In this document: in pieces, positions 1-9,758 of the stretch
Position numbering within the stretch: the stretch's first letter is position 1
How the letters are laid out: every line of letters begins with the position of its first letter
The notes under the pieces: model-generated
Told to the model about the DNA's origin: nothing
The model's input: the letters and a program-made list of their open reading frames with translations, nothing else
The model's database searches: none
Position numbers and translations under genes: made by a program
From: Synechococcus sp. A15-28
GTDB taxonomy: Bacteria > Cyanobacteriota > Cyanobacteriia > PCC-6307 > Cyanobiaceae
NCBI RefSeq assembly: GCF_014280175.1
Contig: NZ_CP047931.1
Coordinates: forward strand, 1,470,001 to 1,502,000
Direction of reading: 5' to 3'
DNA length: 32,000 nucleotides

Positions 1-554
1 ACCCGGTCCACCACCGCCTGCAGGATCTCGGGCACCCCCAGGCCGGTCTTGGCCGAGCAGGGGATGGCGTTGTCGCAATCGAGGCCGATGATCGCCTCCA
101 CCTCTTCCTTGATCCGATCGGGATCCGCACCGGGGAGATCGATCTTATTGAGCACCGGGATGATCTCGAGATCGTTGTCCAGGGCCAAGTACACGTTGGC
201 CAGGGTCTGCGCTTCCACCCCCTGGCTGGCATCCACCACCAGCAGCGCCCCTTCACAGGCCTGCAGGCTGCGGCTCACCTCATAGGAGAAGTCCACGTGG
301 CCAGGGGTGTCGATCAAGTTGAGGACGTACTCCTCACCATCGGCCGCCTGGAAGTTCATCCGAGCGGCCTGAAGCTTGATCGTGATCCCCCGCTCCCGCT
401 CCAGATCCATGTTGTCGAGGAACTGGTCCTGCATGTCCCGGTTGGCCACGGTGCCGGTGTCCTGCAGCAGGCGGTCAGCCAGGGTCGACTTGCCGTGGTC
501 GATGTGGGCAATGATGCAGAAGTTGCGGATCCGTGAGACGGGGGCGTCGGTCAT
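1..554 (-). CDS. lepA: Elongation factor 4 (LepA), N-terminal part, truncated by window edge
   Basis: Minus-strand reading gives [31 protein letters not shown]...[13 protein letters not shown]...[20 protein letters not shown]...[10 protein letters not shown]; GTPase G1-G4 motifs typical of LepA. ATG at 552-554. Confidence 0.95.
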   Translation of the reverse strand, partial: MTDAPVSRIRNFCIIAHIDHGKSTLADRLLQDTGTVANRDMQDQFLDNMDLERERGITIKLQAARMNFQAADGEEYVLNLIDTPGHVDFSYEVSRSLQACEGALLVVDASQGVEAQTLANVYLALDNDLEIIPVLNKIDLPGADPDRIKEEVEAIIGLDCDNAIPCSAKTGLGVPEILQAVVDR

Positions 555-637
555 GCAGCAGCGGAATCCCGTCTCGGGTCCATGGTTCTTCGTTCTCCCA
601 ATCCTAAGGAGGGGTCAGCAGTGGCGATGAAGCAGCG

Positions 638-964
638 ATGTCTCTGAGCAATCCCTGGACCCTGCTGTTGCTGGCCATCAGCGCTGAGGTGATCGGCACC
701 TCCTGCCTGCGGTTATCGGAGGGCATGACCAGGCCCCTGCCCACCCTGCTGGTGTTCAGCGCCTACGCCCTTGCGATGGTCCTGCTCTCCAAGGTGGTGC
801 TGAGCATTCCCCTGGGAATCACCTATGCCCTGTGGAGTGGCATCGGCACCGTGGTGATCGTGCTGGTGGGTCGCTTCGCATACAGCCAGATGCTGCAGCC
901 CGCGCAGCTGATCGGCATCGGCCTGATCACCGCCGGTGTGGTGCTGGTGAATCTGGCCAAGTAG
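638..964 (+). CDS. SMR-family small multidrug resistance transporter
   Basis: 108 aa, four hydrophobic segments, AISAEVIGTSCLRLSEG...IPLGITYALWSGIGTV typical of EmrE/QacE family. Confidence 0.85.
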   Translation: MSLSNPWTLLLLAISAEVIGTSCLRLSEGMTRPLPTLLVFSAYALAMVLLSKVVLSIPLGITYALWSGIGTVVIVLVGRFAYSQMLQPAQLIGIGLITAGVVLVNLAK

Positions 965-967
965 TCC

Positions 968-2476
968 TCAGCCCGTCAGTCCCAGCAGGGCATCGCTGCG
1001 TTGACGCATCGCTATCAGCAGTTCTGGATCCTGGGTCGGGTCGCCGCCGATGCTCGGCAGCAGAGCCTGCAGACGCTCCTGCCAGGGGGCACTCGCCAGC
1101 CGCTCCTTGAAACAACGCTGCAGAACCTCCAGCATGATCGTCACCGACGTACTGGCACCGGGCGAGGCCCCGAGGAGTGCGGCCAGTGAACCGTCGCTGG
1201 AGGCCACCACCTCGGTGCCCAGCTGCAGCCGCCCCCCCTCTTTGCTGCGCTTGATGATCTGCACCCGCTGGCCGGCCACCGACAGGCTCCAGTCCTCCGT
1301 GCGAGCCGTGGGCATGAACTCCTGCAGCGCGTCATGGCGTTGCTCCGGGCTCTGGCGCAGCTGGTTGATCAGGTATTTCACCAGGTCCACATTGGTGGCC
1401 CCCACCTGCAGCATCGGCAGCAGGTTGGTGGGCCGCACCGAGGCCGGCAGATCCAGCAGCGACCCCTGCTTGAGGAATTTGCTGCTGAAGCCGGCGAAAG
1501 GACCGAACAGCAGCGATCGCTTGCCATCGATCCAGCGGGTGTCGAGGTGAGGCACCGACATCGGAGGCGCCCCGACCGCGGCCTTGCCGTAAACCTTGGC
1601 CCGTTGTTTGTCCGCCAGCTGGGCGTCACCGCAGACCAGCCAGAGACCGCTGACGGGGAATCCGGCGAAATCATCCGCCTCCGGAATACCGGAGCGTTGC
1701 AGCAGCGGCAGGGCTCCCCCACCAGCCCCGAGGAACACAAACGGCGCCCGCACCTCCCGCTTGCCGGAGGGGTCCTGCAGGATCACCCGCCAGTCGGCCT
1801 CGGTCATGTCACCTCGGCGCAGGCGCTTGAGATCACGCACCTGGGTGCCGTACTCCACGCTGAGGGCACCGCTGTGCTGCAGCGGATCGAGATAAGCGCG
1901 GGTGAGAGCACCGAAATCCACATCCGTGCCGCGCTCGATCCGGGTGGCCGCCACCGGCTGCTTCAGATCCCTCCCGGCCATCACCAGCGGCATCCACTCG
2001 GTGAGTTCCGTTCGCTCCTCGCTCCAGCGCATTGAAGCGAAGGCCGGAATCTGACTCAGCTGCTCAAAACGCTGACGCAGAAAAGCGATGTTCTCCGGCG
2101 TCCACACCGCGCTGATGTGGTCGGCCTGATGCAGGAACGCCCCCGGGTCCAGCTGACCGCGTTCCCGCAGGGAACCCCAGAACTCGAGGCTGCGCTCGAA
2201 ACCGGCGTTGATGGCCACCGCCTTGGCCGTGGCCACGGTGCCGTCGGCCTGCATCGGGGTGTAGTTCAGCTCGCAGTTGGCGGCGTGGCCGGTGCCGGCG
2301 TTGTTGACCGCAGCAGTGCTCTCCCGGGCAGGGCCCTCCAGACGCTCCACCAGCAGCAGCCGGAGCCCTGGATCCAGCTCATGCAGCAGGGCCGCCAGGG
2401 TGGCGCTCATGATGCCGGCGCCCACCAGCACGGCATCGAAGCGAGCGTCTGCACTGAAGGAGCCGTCCTGCTGCAC
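968..2476 (-). CDS. mqo: Malate:quinone oxidoreductase
   Basis: 502 aa; DAVLVGAGIMSATLAALLHELDP, AVNNAGTGHAANCELNYTP, LFGPFAGFSSKFLKQGS characteristic of Mqo. Confidence 0.95.
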   Translation of the reverse strand: MQQDGSFSADARFDAVLVGAGIMSATLAALLHELDPGLRLLLVERLEGPARESTAAVNNAGTGHAANCELNYTPMQADGTVATAKAVAINAGFERSLEFWGSLRERGQLDPGAFLHQADHISAVWTPENIAFLRQRFEQLSQIPAFASMRWSEERTELTEWMPLVMAGRDLKQPVAATRIERGTDVDFGALTRAYLDPLQHSGALSVEYGTQVRDLKRLRRGDMTEADWRVILQDPSGKREVRAPFVFLGAGGGALPLLQRSGIPEADDFAGFPVSGLWLVCGDAQLADKQRAKVYGKAAVGAPPMSVPHLDTRWIDGKRSLLFGPFAGFSSKFLKQGSLLDLPASVRPTNLLPMLQVGATNVDLVKYLINQLRQSPEQRHDALQEFMPTARTEDWSLSVAGQRVQIIKRSKEGGRLQLGTEVVASSDGSLAALLGASPGASTSVTIMLEVLQRCFKERLASAPWQERLQALLPSIGGDPTQDPELLIAMRQRSDALLGLTG

Positions 2477-2555
2477 CGAGAAAGGGTGATAACCGCTCTC
2501 GTCACCCTATGGGGCCGCTCCGTAGGCTTAGAGGGCTGATCCCTGTCTGCGTCCG

Positions 2556-2801
2556 ATGAGCACCGAAACCATGGCCCTGACGTTGGAAAACGTGGAGAAG
2601 GTGCTCGATGAGCTGCGTCCGTTCCTGATAGCCGACGGCGGCAACGTTGAAGTGGTGGAACTGGACGGTCCGATCGTGAAGGTGAGACTGCAGGGGGCCT
2701 GCGGCAGCTGCCCCAGTAGCACCATGACTCTCAAGATGGGCATCGAGCGCAAGATGCGCGAATCCATCCCCGAGGTGAGCGAAGTGGTTCAGGTTCTCTG
2801 A
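2556..2801 (+). CDS. NifU-like C-terminal domain Fe-S scaffold protein
   Basis: 81 aa; [49 protein letters not shown] with the CxxC scaffold motif. Confidence 0.93.
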   Translation: MSTETMALTLENVEKVLDELRPFLIADGGNVEVVELDGPIVKVRLQGACGSCPSSTMTLKMGIERKMRESIPEVSEVVQVL

Positions 2802-2814
2802 ACCGGGGCCTTCG

Positions 2815-3105
2815 GTGGAGCGCCTGTTCGTCTACGGCAGCCTCAAGGCCGGCGCCAGCGCCCATCACCTGCTGCAGAAGACCGTCGCTGAAGTTGAGGG
2901 TGTCTTGAATCAGGTGGAGCTGACCGTGCACGACGGTTATCCAATGCTGCCGGCCGGCTCGCAGCAGGTTCGTGGGGAGATCTACAAAGTTCCAGATGCC
3001 CTCTGGCCTGCGCTGGATGCATGGGAAGACGTGCCCAGGGTGTACAGCCGTCGCCGCCGGACGCTCCTCGACGGCAGAGACGTCTGGGTTTACGAGGCGT
3101 CCTGA
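2815..3105 (+). CDS. Gamma-glutamylcyclotransferase (GGCT/AIG2-like) family protein
   Basis: GTG start; MERLFVYGSLKAGASAHHLL...DGYPMLPAGSQQVRGEIYKV typical YGSL/GGCT fold motif. Confidence 0.8.
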   Translation: MERLFVYGSLKAGASAHHLLQKTVAEVEGVLNQVELTVHDGYPMLPAGSQQVRGEIYKVPDALWPALDAWEDVPRVYSRRRRTLLDGRDVWVYEAS

Positions 3106-3800
3106 ACTGAGGCAGACGGGCAACTCCTGGCGGAGAAATCGCAGGAATACACAGCCGGCTTCTGCCAGCTGAGCGGAATCTCCAGCAGGTCACGGCTACC
3201 GGTGATGGCCTGAGCCAGGAACAACAGCGCAGCCAGAACCGAGGCACTGATGTGCAGGCGCCTGAAGCGAAGATCCCGCAGGATCTCCTGCCGTGCCGCC
3301 AGGGACGCCAACATCAAGCCCGTCACAGCAACCCCCGCCCAGTAGTGGGACTGCCAGAAGTCGCCTGATAGGGGGTTGTCCGACAGTCGCCAGACTTCGG
3401 GCTGGGCGCCGAGGCTGAGCACGCCGGTCCAGGTGATCAGGCTGAAGGCGAGGCGCAGGGATGCGGTCTTGCAGCGGAGCAAGGCCACCAGGCTGGCCAC
3501 GGTGCCTGCCAGCACCATCAGCAGTTGCGCTGCCCGCCAGACCCCACCAGCGAATTCGGATGGGGTGGTTTTGGTGGCGATCACCACGGTGAGGGCCACC
3601 AGCACGATCACCACGACAGCCGCCGCAAGCCAACGGCCGAGATCGCTGTGATCGCTTCCCACTGTGACCGGGTGCTTCACCGAGGCCACCCTTCGCTGCC
3701 GTGTCTGCCAGGCCAGTCGCACCACCACACCGAGCAGGGGGTACACCAGCACCACAGCCAGAACCGGATGCAGGATCCAGAGCCAGTCGACGGTGGTCAT
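3090..3800 (-). CDS. DUF4079-type cyanobacterial membrane protein
   Basis: Multi-TM ORF beginning MTTVDWLWILHPVLAVVLVYPLLG; ATGA stop/start overlap with the upstream ORF (3797-3800). Paralogous to 22027-22674. Confidence 0.7.
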   Translation of the reverse strand: MTTVDWLWILHPVLAVVLVYPLLGVVVRLAWQTRQRRVASVKHPVTVGSDHSDLGRWLAAAVVVIVLVALTVVIATKTTPSEFAGGVWRAAQLLMVLAGTVASLVALLRCKTASLRLAFSLITWTGVLSLGAQPEVWRLSDNPLSGDFWQSHYWAGVAVTGLMLASLAARQEILRDLRFRRLHISASVLAALLFLAQAITGSRDLLEIPLSWQKPAVYSCDFSARSCPSASVQDAS

Positions 3801-4273
3801 GGGGATGTCCACAGGTCTCTGCCTGAGACCTTTTCAAAAGACACAGGACGTTGCTTGATGCGCCAGGCCAGTCGCAAATTGATGGCAATGGCCGCGGCCA
3901 GGGCGAGATGAAAAAGATTGCCATTGGGAATCCCCATTCCCTGGAACGCGATCCAGGTGTTCACCCCCAGCAAAAAGCTGTTGATCAGGAACCAGATCAC
4001 AGCCACACCAAGCCGAACGAAGCGGCGATCCCGCAGTACCAATCGGACGGCCAGGCCACAGGTCAAAAGACCGGGTATCAAGCCGATGGAGCTGTAACCG
4101 TGAAGGATGCGCATCGACGCATCTGAATGCGCGTGGCTGAACAGGGCCGCCAGGAGGTTGAGTGAAATCAAGGCTCCCGGGTAGGGGCCAAGGGCATGAC
4201 GCAGCGGAGCCGGCCCATTCATCCAGAGGGCACCACGCAGAAGCGGGTGATGGGGCTGCGCCGGCTGAGACAT
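3797..4273 (-). CDS. DUF4079-like membrane protein
   Basis: 158 aa, four hydrophobic segments, overlaps 3090-3800 by ATGA. Confidence 0.65.
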   Translation of the reverse strand: MSQPAQPHHPLLRGALWMNGPAPLRHALGPYPGALISLNLLAALFSHAHSDASMRILHGYSSIGLIPGLLTCGLAVRLVLRDRRFVRLGVAVIWFLINSFLLGVNTWIAFQGMGIPNGNLFHLALAAAIAINLRLAWRIKQRPVSFEKVSGRDLWTSP

Positions 4274-4334
4274 CGCAAGACCCTGGAGGAGAGATCACTC
4301 CCTAAGTTTCAGCACGATCAGCAGCATCGGCCAG

Positions 4335-4388
4335 ATGGCATTTCGAAACTTTTGTCCAGCCCTGCTGAACAAGACCTACTTCAACTAG
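4335..4388 (+). pseudogene. Displaced native 5' end of the aminotransferase gene
   Basis: In-frame ATG reading MAFRNFCPALLNKTYFN then TAG; the last 11 residues equal those of the intact gene at 12776. Confidence 0.75.
4353..4387 (+). repeat. Left attachment-site copy (attL-like)
   Basis: TGTCCAGCCCTGCTGAACAAGACCTACTTCAACTA; matches 12803-12837 with one mismatch (g4367/c12817). Confidence 0.88.
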
Positions 4389-4458
4389 GACGCACTACCA
4401 TTCTGACAAGCCTAGATCAACTGCAGCACAACGGCTTTTAGAGAATAGCGTTGAGAGC

Positions 4459-4480
4459 TTTAGTCACACCTTTAGTCACA
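4459..4480 (+). repeat. Two TTTAGTCACA repeats, 12-bp period (candidate integrase arm sites, left)
   Basis: TTTAGTCACA at 4459-4468 and 4471-4480; same decamer pair with the same spacing at 12733-12754. Confidence 0.75.
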
Positions 4481-4613
4481 GAATTTGGACTCCATAGTCC
4501 TGAGGACCAGTCGCGCCAGCTGTTTTCAGGCGTTGTTTGAGCAGATGCTGCTGAAAGCTTGAGCAGACCCAGCCACCAGACATATATTAGTACGTATGTA
4601 CTGATATCAGGCT

Positions 4614-4862
4614 ATGGGGTCAGAGGGCTTCATTCAAGATCCGGCGACCAAAGAAACCAAGCGGTTCCATAGAGACGAGAGGAGCTGGATCAGAGACCCC
4701 AAGGTCTTTGTCGACACTGGGATACCGATACCGGGAGAACCACCACTCCTCAAGACACGCGTGCACCTGCGTAGGGACGCTGCAGAGCAGCTCTGGAAGG
4801 AGTTACATCGCGTTGGCTGGCAGCAGGTGGACCCTTGTTGGGGAGCCTCTGCTGAGCCGTAA
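4614..4862 (+). CDS. Small conserved picocyanobacterial protein, probably DUF1651-like
   Basis: 82 aa; FHRDERSWIRDPKVFVDTGIPIPGEPPLLKTRVHLRRDAAEQLWKELHRVGWQQVDPCW, pattern recalled from DUF1651 proteins. Confidence 0.65.
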   Translation: MGSEGFIQDPATKETKRFHRDERSWIRDPKVFVDTGIPIPGEPPLLKTRVHLRRDAAEQLWKELHRVGWQQVDPCWGASAEP

Positions 4863-4901
4863 AGCGGAAGGGGGTACGGGGTCAATGAAGTCCTCGTATG
4901 T

Positions 4902-4929
4902 ACGTAATGACCCCTCAGAAATTTTTATT
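4902..4929 (+). repeat. Direct repeat copy 1 flanking the ion channel segment
   Basis: ACGTAATGACCCCTCAGAAATTTTTATT; 26/28 identical to 6050-6077. Confidence 0.75.
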
Positions 4930-5001
4930 ATTCTTTGAGATCCCTTGTATGGCTCAAATAAAAAAAAATTGCAGAAGAGTTTTTTAATGCTTTAACGGCA
5001 T

Positions 5002-5862
5002 TCAAGGATCTTCTCTAGAAATCTCCGATCCCAGAAACTCAGTGAAACCTGCCGAGATAATGCCGATTGGGATTGCAATCACAGCGATCCCGCATATGGC
5101 AGTCAATGCTGCCACAAGTTTCCCCAGTGCTGTTATGGGATAGGTGTCCCCATATCCAACTGTCGTCACTGTAACTACAGACCACCACAGGCATCTTGGT
5201 ATTGATCCAAACTGTTCTTCTTGTACACGCCCTTCCACTAAAAACATTAATACACTACTAATAAAAATAACAACTCCTGAATAAATGGCGGAAATTTGAA
5301 GTTCTTCTTTTTTGGCAGTCAGCGCTTGGTTGAAATACTTGATGCTTTTCCGAAAACGCTTTGAACGACCAACTCTTCCGATCCGCGTCAGTCTAATAAT
5401 CCTGAGCAAATACAGTTCAGGGGAGATGAGACCAAAGATGGTTGGTGCGATTGCAATTAGATCCAGGATTGCCAAAGGCGTAATGGCGTAGTCCAAAGCA
5501 CCTTGAATGCCTCTTCTTGCTCCGTCCCTAAGTGGAGCGACCCAGAGTCGCGCTACATATTCGATCAGGAAGATTATTGATAACGCGACATCAGCTTTTA
5601 CGAGTAAATCTCCCAGTGATGATCGAATAACAGGTTCTGTAGCGATGATCGCCACTCCAATGGACAAGACGATCATCAGACCTATTGCCTTGACGGCATT
5701 AGTCGCCCTTCCTTGCTCGTCCGTAGAGTTCAACGAGTGGAAGAGTTTTTCTCGGAGAGTGTGCACGACAACTGGACTTTGCCAGTCCTTATCTTGCTGT
5801 AACTCATCGTTCGGCGCCACTAGCATCCTTTTCGCCAGATCCCCCCCCCTTGACCCAAACAC
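5002..5862 (-). CDS. Voltage-gated-like potassium channel (ion transport domain)
   Basis: 286 aa with six hydrophobic segments, S4-like RIIRLTRIGRVGRSKRFRKS and K+ selectivity filter TVTTVGYGDTYPIT. Confidence 0.88.
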   Translation of the reverse strand: MFGSRGGDLAKRMLVAPNDELQQDKDWQSPVVVHTLREKLFHSLNSTDEQGRATNAVKAIGLMIVLSIGVAIIATEPVIRSSLGDLLVKADVALSIIFLIEYVARLWVAPLRDGARRGIQGALDYAITPLAILDLIAIAPTIFGLISPELYLLRIIRLTRIGRVGRSKRFRKSIKYFNQALTAKKEELQISAIYSGVVIFISSVLMFLVEGRVQEEQFGSIPRCLWWSVVTVTTVGYGDTYPITALGKLVAALTAICGIAVIAIPIGIISAGFTEFLGSEISREDP

Positions 5863-6049
5863 CTGAAGCAGATGCAGAACAGGCGTGCTGGACGCAAGTT
5901 CGATCTAAACGGAAGAGATATGGGACCTTGTGGATGGTCTGAAGTAAGCCAGGACCTCATGCGTCTGTATGACCTGGCAGCTCTTCTCCTATGTCAGCGA
6001 CCAACACTGCTACACGTTGCTGACCTGGGCAAGTGAGGTGCAGTCAAAT

Positions 6050-6077
6050 ACGTAATGACCTCTCAGAAATTTTAATT
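6050..6077 (+). repeat. Direct repeat copy 2 flanking the ion channel segment
   Basis: ACGTAATGACCTCTCAGAAATTTTAATT; see 4902-4929. Confidence 0.75.
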
Positions 6078-6118
6078 GATTGTTAGCAGGTACTGATTGA
6101 TATTGGACTTGTCTTATA

Positions 6119-6889
6119 ATGTCCATAGAGCTGCAATCTCCAATGAAAGCACTTTTTAGAATGTATAAGCCTGTTACTGTTGTGCTGACTAGCGCAATAA
6201 GCATCCTCTGTGTTCAACAGAAGGCAATTGCAGATGATCATGTCAGGATTGATAAGCCAGAAGACGAGACTTATGGTGAATTTACTAATGATTCAAACTA
6301 TACAACTGAATATTCCGAAGGTGAAATCTCACAAGGACATAATAGATGCCTACAAGCAGCTGATTACAAGGGGTGTATGGAATACCAGGAAGGCTCAAAT
6401 ACGAGGATAACTGAAACTGGAAGTGAACCTGGGACTGTTGACGTAACAGAGCCAAAACCATATAACTACGATCCTGAGTCAGTTATGCAATTAAAAATTC
6501 GTGGCTCATATGGAAGGTATCTCACATTCATAGGGAAGACAGTCAATGAATATGCAGGCACTAGTGGTTACATGTTGCCTGGCTCGCCTGGATCTGTTAG
6601 TTGTAACACCTATGGAGGCTATGGAGCGTATTCCAGTACATATACCACTTGTAATAGATCAGGATATGTCGCACCTACATATGTACCTGGGACATCTGGT
6701 GGAGTGCAAAATAGAAAGTACCGCTATGAGCTGGATTGCCAAGATATGACGTTTGATCGAAAAGGTGATTATGCAGGAGGTATGTCAAACAAGGGATGGA
6801 TGAGTGTGTATAATGATCCGACTGCTCAGGCTGTAGCAAATAGGTATTGTTCTTCAATTGGATCACTGCCAAGAGCCGCAGAGAGGTAA
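6119..6889 (+). CDS. Hypothetical secreted protein, Tyr/Gly-rich, cysteine-containing
   Basis: Signal-like segment PVTVVLTSAISILCVQQKAIA followed by polar sequence; exact start uncertain. Confidence 0.6.
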   Translation: MSIELQSPMKALFRMYKPVTVVLTSAISILCVQQKAIADDHVRIDKPEDETYGEFTNDSNYTTEYSEGEISQGHNRCLQAADYKGCMEYQEGSNTRITETGSEPGTVDVTEPKPYNYDPESVMQLKIRGSYGRYLTFIGKTVNEYAGTSGYMLPGSPGSVSCNTYGGYGAYSSTYTTCNRSGYVAPTYVPGTSGGVQNRKYRYELDCQDMTFDRKGDYAGGMSNKGWMSVYNDPTAQAVANRYCSSIGSLPRAAER

Positions 6890-7181
6890 GAACAATGTTT
6901 GTATACGTCTTTAAATGAAAGCTTCACTGAACCAATGAACGGAAAACTCCTTGTCGTTGGAATCGTCACCTTCTTTATTGTTTTCTTTGTCTATGAGTCC
7001 TTGTTGATGCGCGGCTTACCACACTGAGTCACGTTATCAGTCTCCTCCGGCATAAGTAAATTCATTAACTCTTCCCGAAATAAGCTTTCTCCTCACAAGA
7101 CGGAGTGTATCTGTTGCTCCGTAGTGGTGACCCTATAAGTAGTGACATCACTGCGGGGGCTGGCGTTCATAAGGACCCTGG

Positions 7182-7685
7182 TCATTGAGTGAGCTTTACT
7201 GTAGGACCAACAATACGAAGAGGTTCACCCGTCCAATCCTCTAAATCTTTCCTGAAAAACTTCCAGCCATTGCTGTCACCCGAAAATAATATTCGTGCAT
7301 TTCTAATATCTGCAGAAGTGGTCTTATATTCGATACTGTATTCATAGTCAACAGCATTCGGACCATAGACACAAATGAAACCACAGTTCTTAGCATCTTG
7401 CGGAACTTGCCGTTCTGTTATTGAGAGAATCTGATTACTCTCAATCCCCTTGCTGTTGTCAACCAGCATTCGCCCCATTTTAAATTTAATCCTGCAATTA
7501 TTACCCACCTTCTTGCACCACGCTTTGTGCGTCTTATTAGATGAAAATTTCAATGATTGCTCTCGGTCTACCTCTGCTGCTCCTAGATCAGCCCAAGCTG
7601 GAATGGTAGCCAAAAGTGAGGCACCAATAAAAGCAGCGGTAGCCAAGAAACGACGCACATGAGAAGTAGCTCTCAACATTTTCAT
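7182..7685 (-). CDS. Hypothetical secreted protein
   Basis: N-terminal signal peptide FLATAAFIGASLLATIPAWA; ATGA overlap with upstream ORF 7682-7987. Confidence 0.6.
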   Translation of the reverse strand: MKMLRATSHVRRFLATAAFIGASLLATIPAWADLGAAEVDREQSLKFSSNKTHKAWCKKVGNNCRIKFKMGRMLVDNSKGIESNQILSITERQVPQDAKNCGFICVYGPNAVDYEYSIEYKTTSADIRNARILFSGDSNGWKFFRKDLEDWTGEPLRIVGPTVKLTQ

Positions 7686-7987
7686 TCTTTGATATTTACG
7701 TCAACTTGAACCCCGTCGCGATCTTTACAGTTGCGACAAGCCCTTTTTAAATCTCGCCAAAACTTTCGAGCTGTTGGGTAATGGGCTATCCATATTTCGG
7801 CAAATTCCAAGGAGCCATCGTCATTTCTGTACTCAATACCAAAAGTTAGACCATCCCAAACATAATTTCCCGACCAATCCTTTGTAATATACGTAATATC
7901 GTCGAAGTCAACAGAGTCTTTATCATTAACTGTTATTTTTCGTTCGCGAACGAAACTTTGCAATCGTTCCCCTTTTCTCCACACCAT
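7682..7987 (-). CDS. Hypothetical protein, translationally coupled to and possibly paralogous with 7182-7685
   Basis: 101 aa; ATGA overlap at 7682-7685; shared pattern ...EYR/EYK...KFWRDL/KFFRKDL. Confidence 0.55.
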   Translation of the reverse strand: MVWRKGERLQSFVRERKITVNDKDSVDFDDITYITKDWSGNYVWDGLTFGIEYRNDDGSLEFAEIWIAHYPTARKFWRDLKRACRNCKDRDGVQVDVNIKE

Positions 7988-8546
7988 GCATCATAAGTCG
8001 CACTTTTGCTCTTAGACGCGGCTTCCCCTAGCCCTGAATGAACAGGCACCGCAAGCAGGGAGCTAGCAATCAGTAGAGGCAGAAGTAGTAGAAAGCGCAT
8101 ATCAAGCGGAGACTTACTAGTCTATTCTGATCCGTCTTGGCAATAGTGCCAACCAAGTTCTTCAGCCTCTGCCAGGTCTGCTCACAGAAACGCAGGCAAC
8201 GAAAATTATCTGAGCTGCTAGTGGCATTTGTAAGTAACAGTTGATGTCTTAGAGGGGTTCACAAGTATTTTCATGCCCAAGACGCGGTGATACGCCAGAC
8301 TTGGAGTCACTACTTCTCTTTGGCCGTTTTCAGCCCACTTCTTGAACTCCTCTACTTCTCGTTTGAAGGAGTCGGACATTGGTTCATTCATTTCTTTGAA
8401 GCCATTGTATTTGTGTTGATGTGGACATAGATAGAAGGGAGACCAGAAGGTTGTCTCTTTGTTTCCTTCACTCCCATTTGCTTGAGCCTGACTTTTTCAC
8501 GTAGTTGATCTAAATAATTTGACACTGATAGATTGGTTTTAATTGT

Positions 8547-8816
8547 TTATTGATGATTGTGGTTGAACACCTTTACGGTCCTCCTCATAATCATCGAGCC
8601 AAACCCGGCCATCAATCCCATGCGTCTAGCTTCCTCCATGCGATACCTACGGCCAGTTCGTAGCCGTGGCATCGGTCCATAAACTCCAGGATTCTTCTCA
8701 AGACCAAATTCAAGCCACCAACCTTGGTTATTTGGAAGGTTCTGGGGTGGACTACATACCTTGCAGGTGCGTTCCATGGCAGCCTTGGCTGTCTTGGTGT
8801 CTATTCCTGCGTTCAC
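8547..8816 (-). CDS. Small hypothetical protein with CKVC motif
   Basis: 89 aa ORF; no clear family recognised. Confidence 0.4.
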   Translation of the reverse strand: MNAGIDTKTAKAAMERTCKVCSPPQNLPNNQGWWLEFGLEKNPGVYGPMPRLRTGRRYRMEEARRMGLMAGFGSMIMRRTVKVFNHNHQ

Positions 8817-9026
8817 GTACGTTGTAGCACCACAGGACTGGCACTCAATGACTGTCCTGACACGGTTATTGACTTTATTTTCTCAGACGTCAAGACTACA
8901 CTTGTTAATACCTTGCTGATCGAGTGCTTTATCGGTGCTACCTATGCATTCCCGATAACAAGGCAGCTTACTGCAGAGACAGCTGCTTCTTGATACTTGC
9001 TATAACAAATGTCGTCCTATAGATGA

Positions 9027-9554
9027 TCACTCCGGGATCAATACAGTATCAATCACGTGGATTGTGCCATTCGTAGCTTTGATATCTGCCTTCGTGACTG
9101 TGGAGTGGTCAATAAAAACCATTCCATCTTTTGTCTTGATTGTAATTGACTTACCATTGAGTGTTTCAGCACTAGACAACTTGACGACATCTGCAGCTTT
9201 TACATTTCCAGCAACAACGTGATACGTAAGGATATCAGTTAATTTCTCTTTGTTTGAAGGCTTTAACAACAATGCAACTGTCCCATCAGGAAGCTTTGCG
9301 AAGGCCTCATCTGTTGGTGCAAAAACGGTGAAAGGACCTTCACCCTTGAGTGCTCCTACTAATCCAGCCTCACCAAGCGCTGCCGCTAGGGTTTCAAAGC
9401 TGCCCGTAGTAACAGCCGTGTCAACTATGTCCATGGAGGGCATGGTGTGATCCTTATCACCCATATGACCTCCTGCGAAAGCGCTCGTAGAGGTCAACAG
9501 GCTTAGGGACAATGCGGCAGCCCCTAAACGAAGCGTGCGATGGAGAACTGACAT
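9027..9554 (-). CDS. Secreted fasciclin (FAS1) domain protein
   Basis: 175 aa; signal peptide plus [38 protein letters not shown]...[12 protein letters not shown]...[14 protein letters not shown]-type FAS1 motifs. Confidence 0.92.
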   Translation of the reverse strand: MSVLHRTLRLGAAALSLSLLTSTSAFAGGHMGDKDHTMPSMDIVDTAVTTGSFETLAAALGEAGLVGALKGEGPFTVFAPTDEAFAKLPDGTVALLLKPSNKEKLTDILTYHVVAGNVKAADVVKLSSAETLNGKSITIKTKDGMVFIDHSTVTKADIKATNGTIHVIDTVLIPE

Positions 9555-9758
9555 TTGCGTGAATCAAAGTCCATAAATCTTAACAAGGCACCGGTCTCTT
9601 CGGTGAGACATCCTGGCTTGGCTCTGGTTTCAGTGAGCCATAGAAAGAGAAGGCGGGGCACGAAAAGATAAAACCTACAGAATTGACAGGATGCAGTTGC
9701 TACCTGTCAACCCTGCAGATCTGATCGAAGACGCTTGGCGTAAATTCTTTTGCATGCT

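Noticed and set aside
3196-3924. 242-aa minus-strand ORF
   Set aside because: Out-of-frame shadow of the two DUF4079 genes.
4353-4387. Left repeat considered as part of a tRNA gene
   Set aside because: No cloverleaf or anticodon arm is visible; the repeat is protein-coding sequence of the aminotransferase gene.
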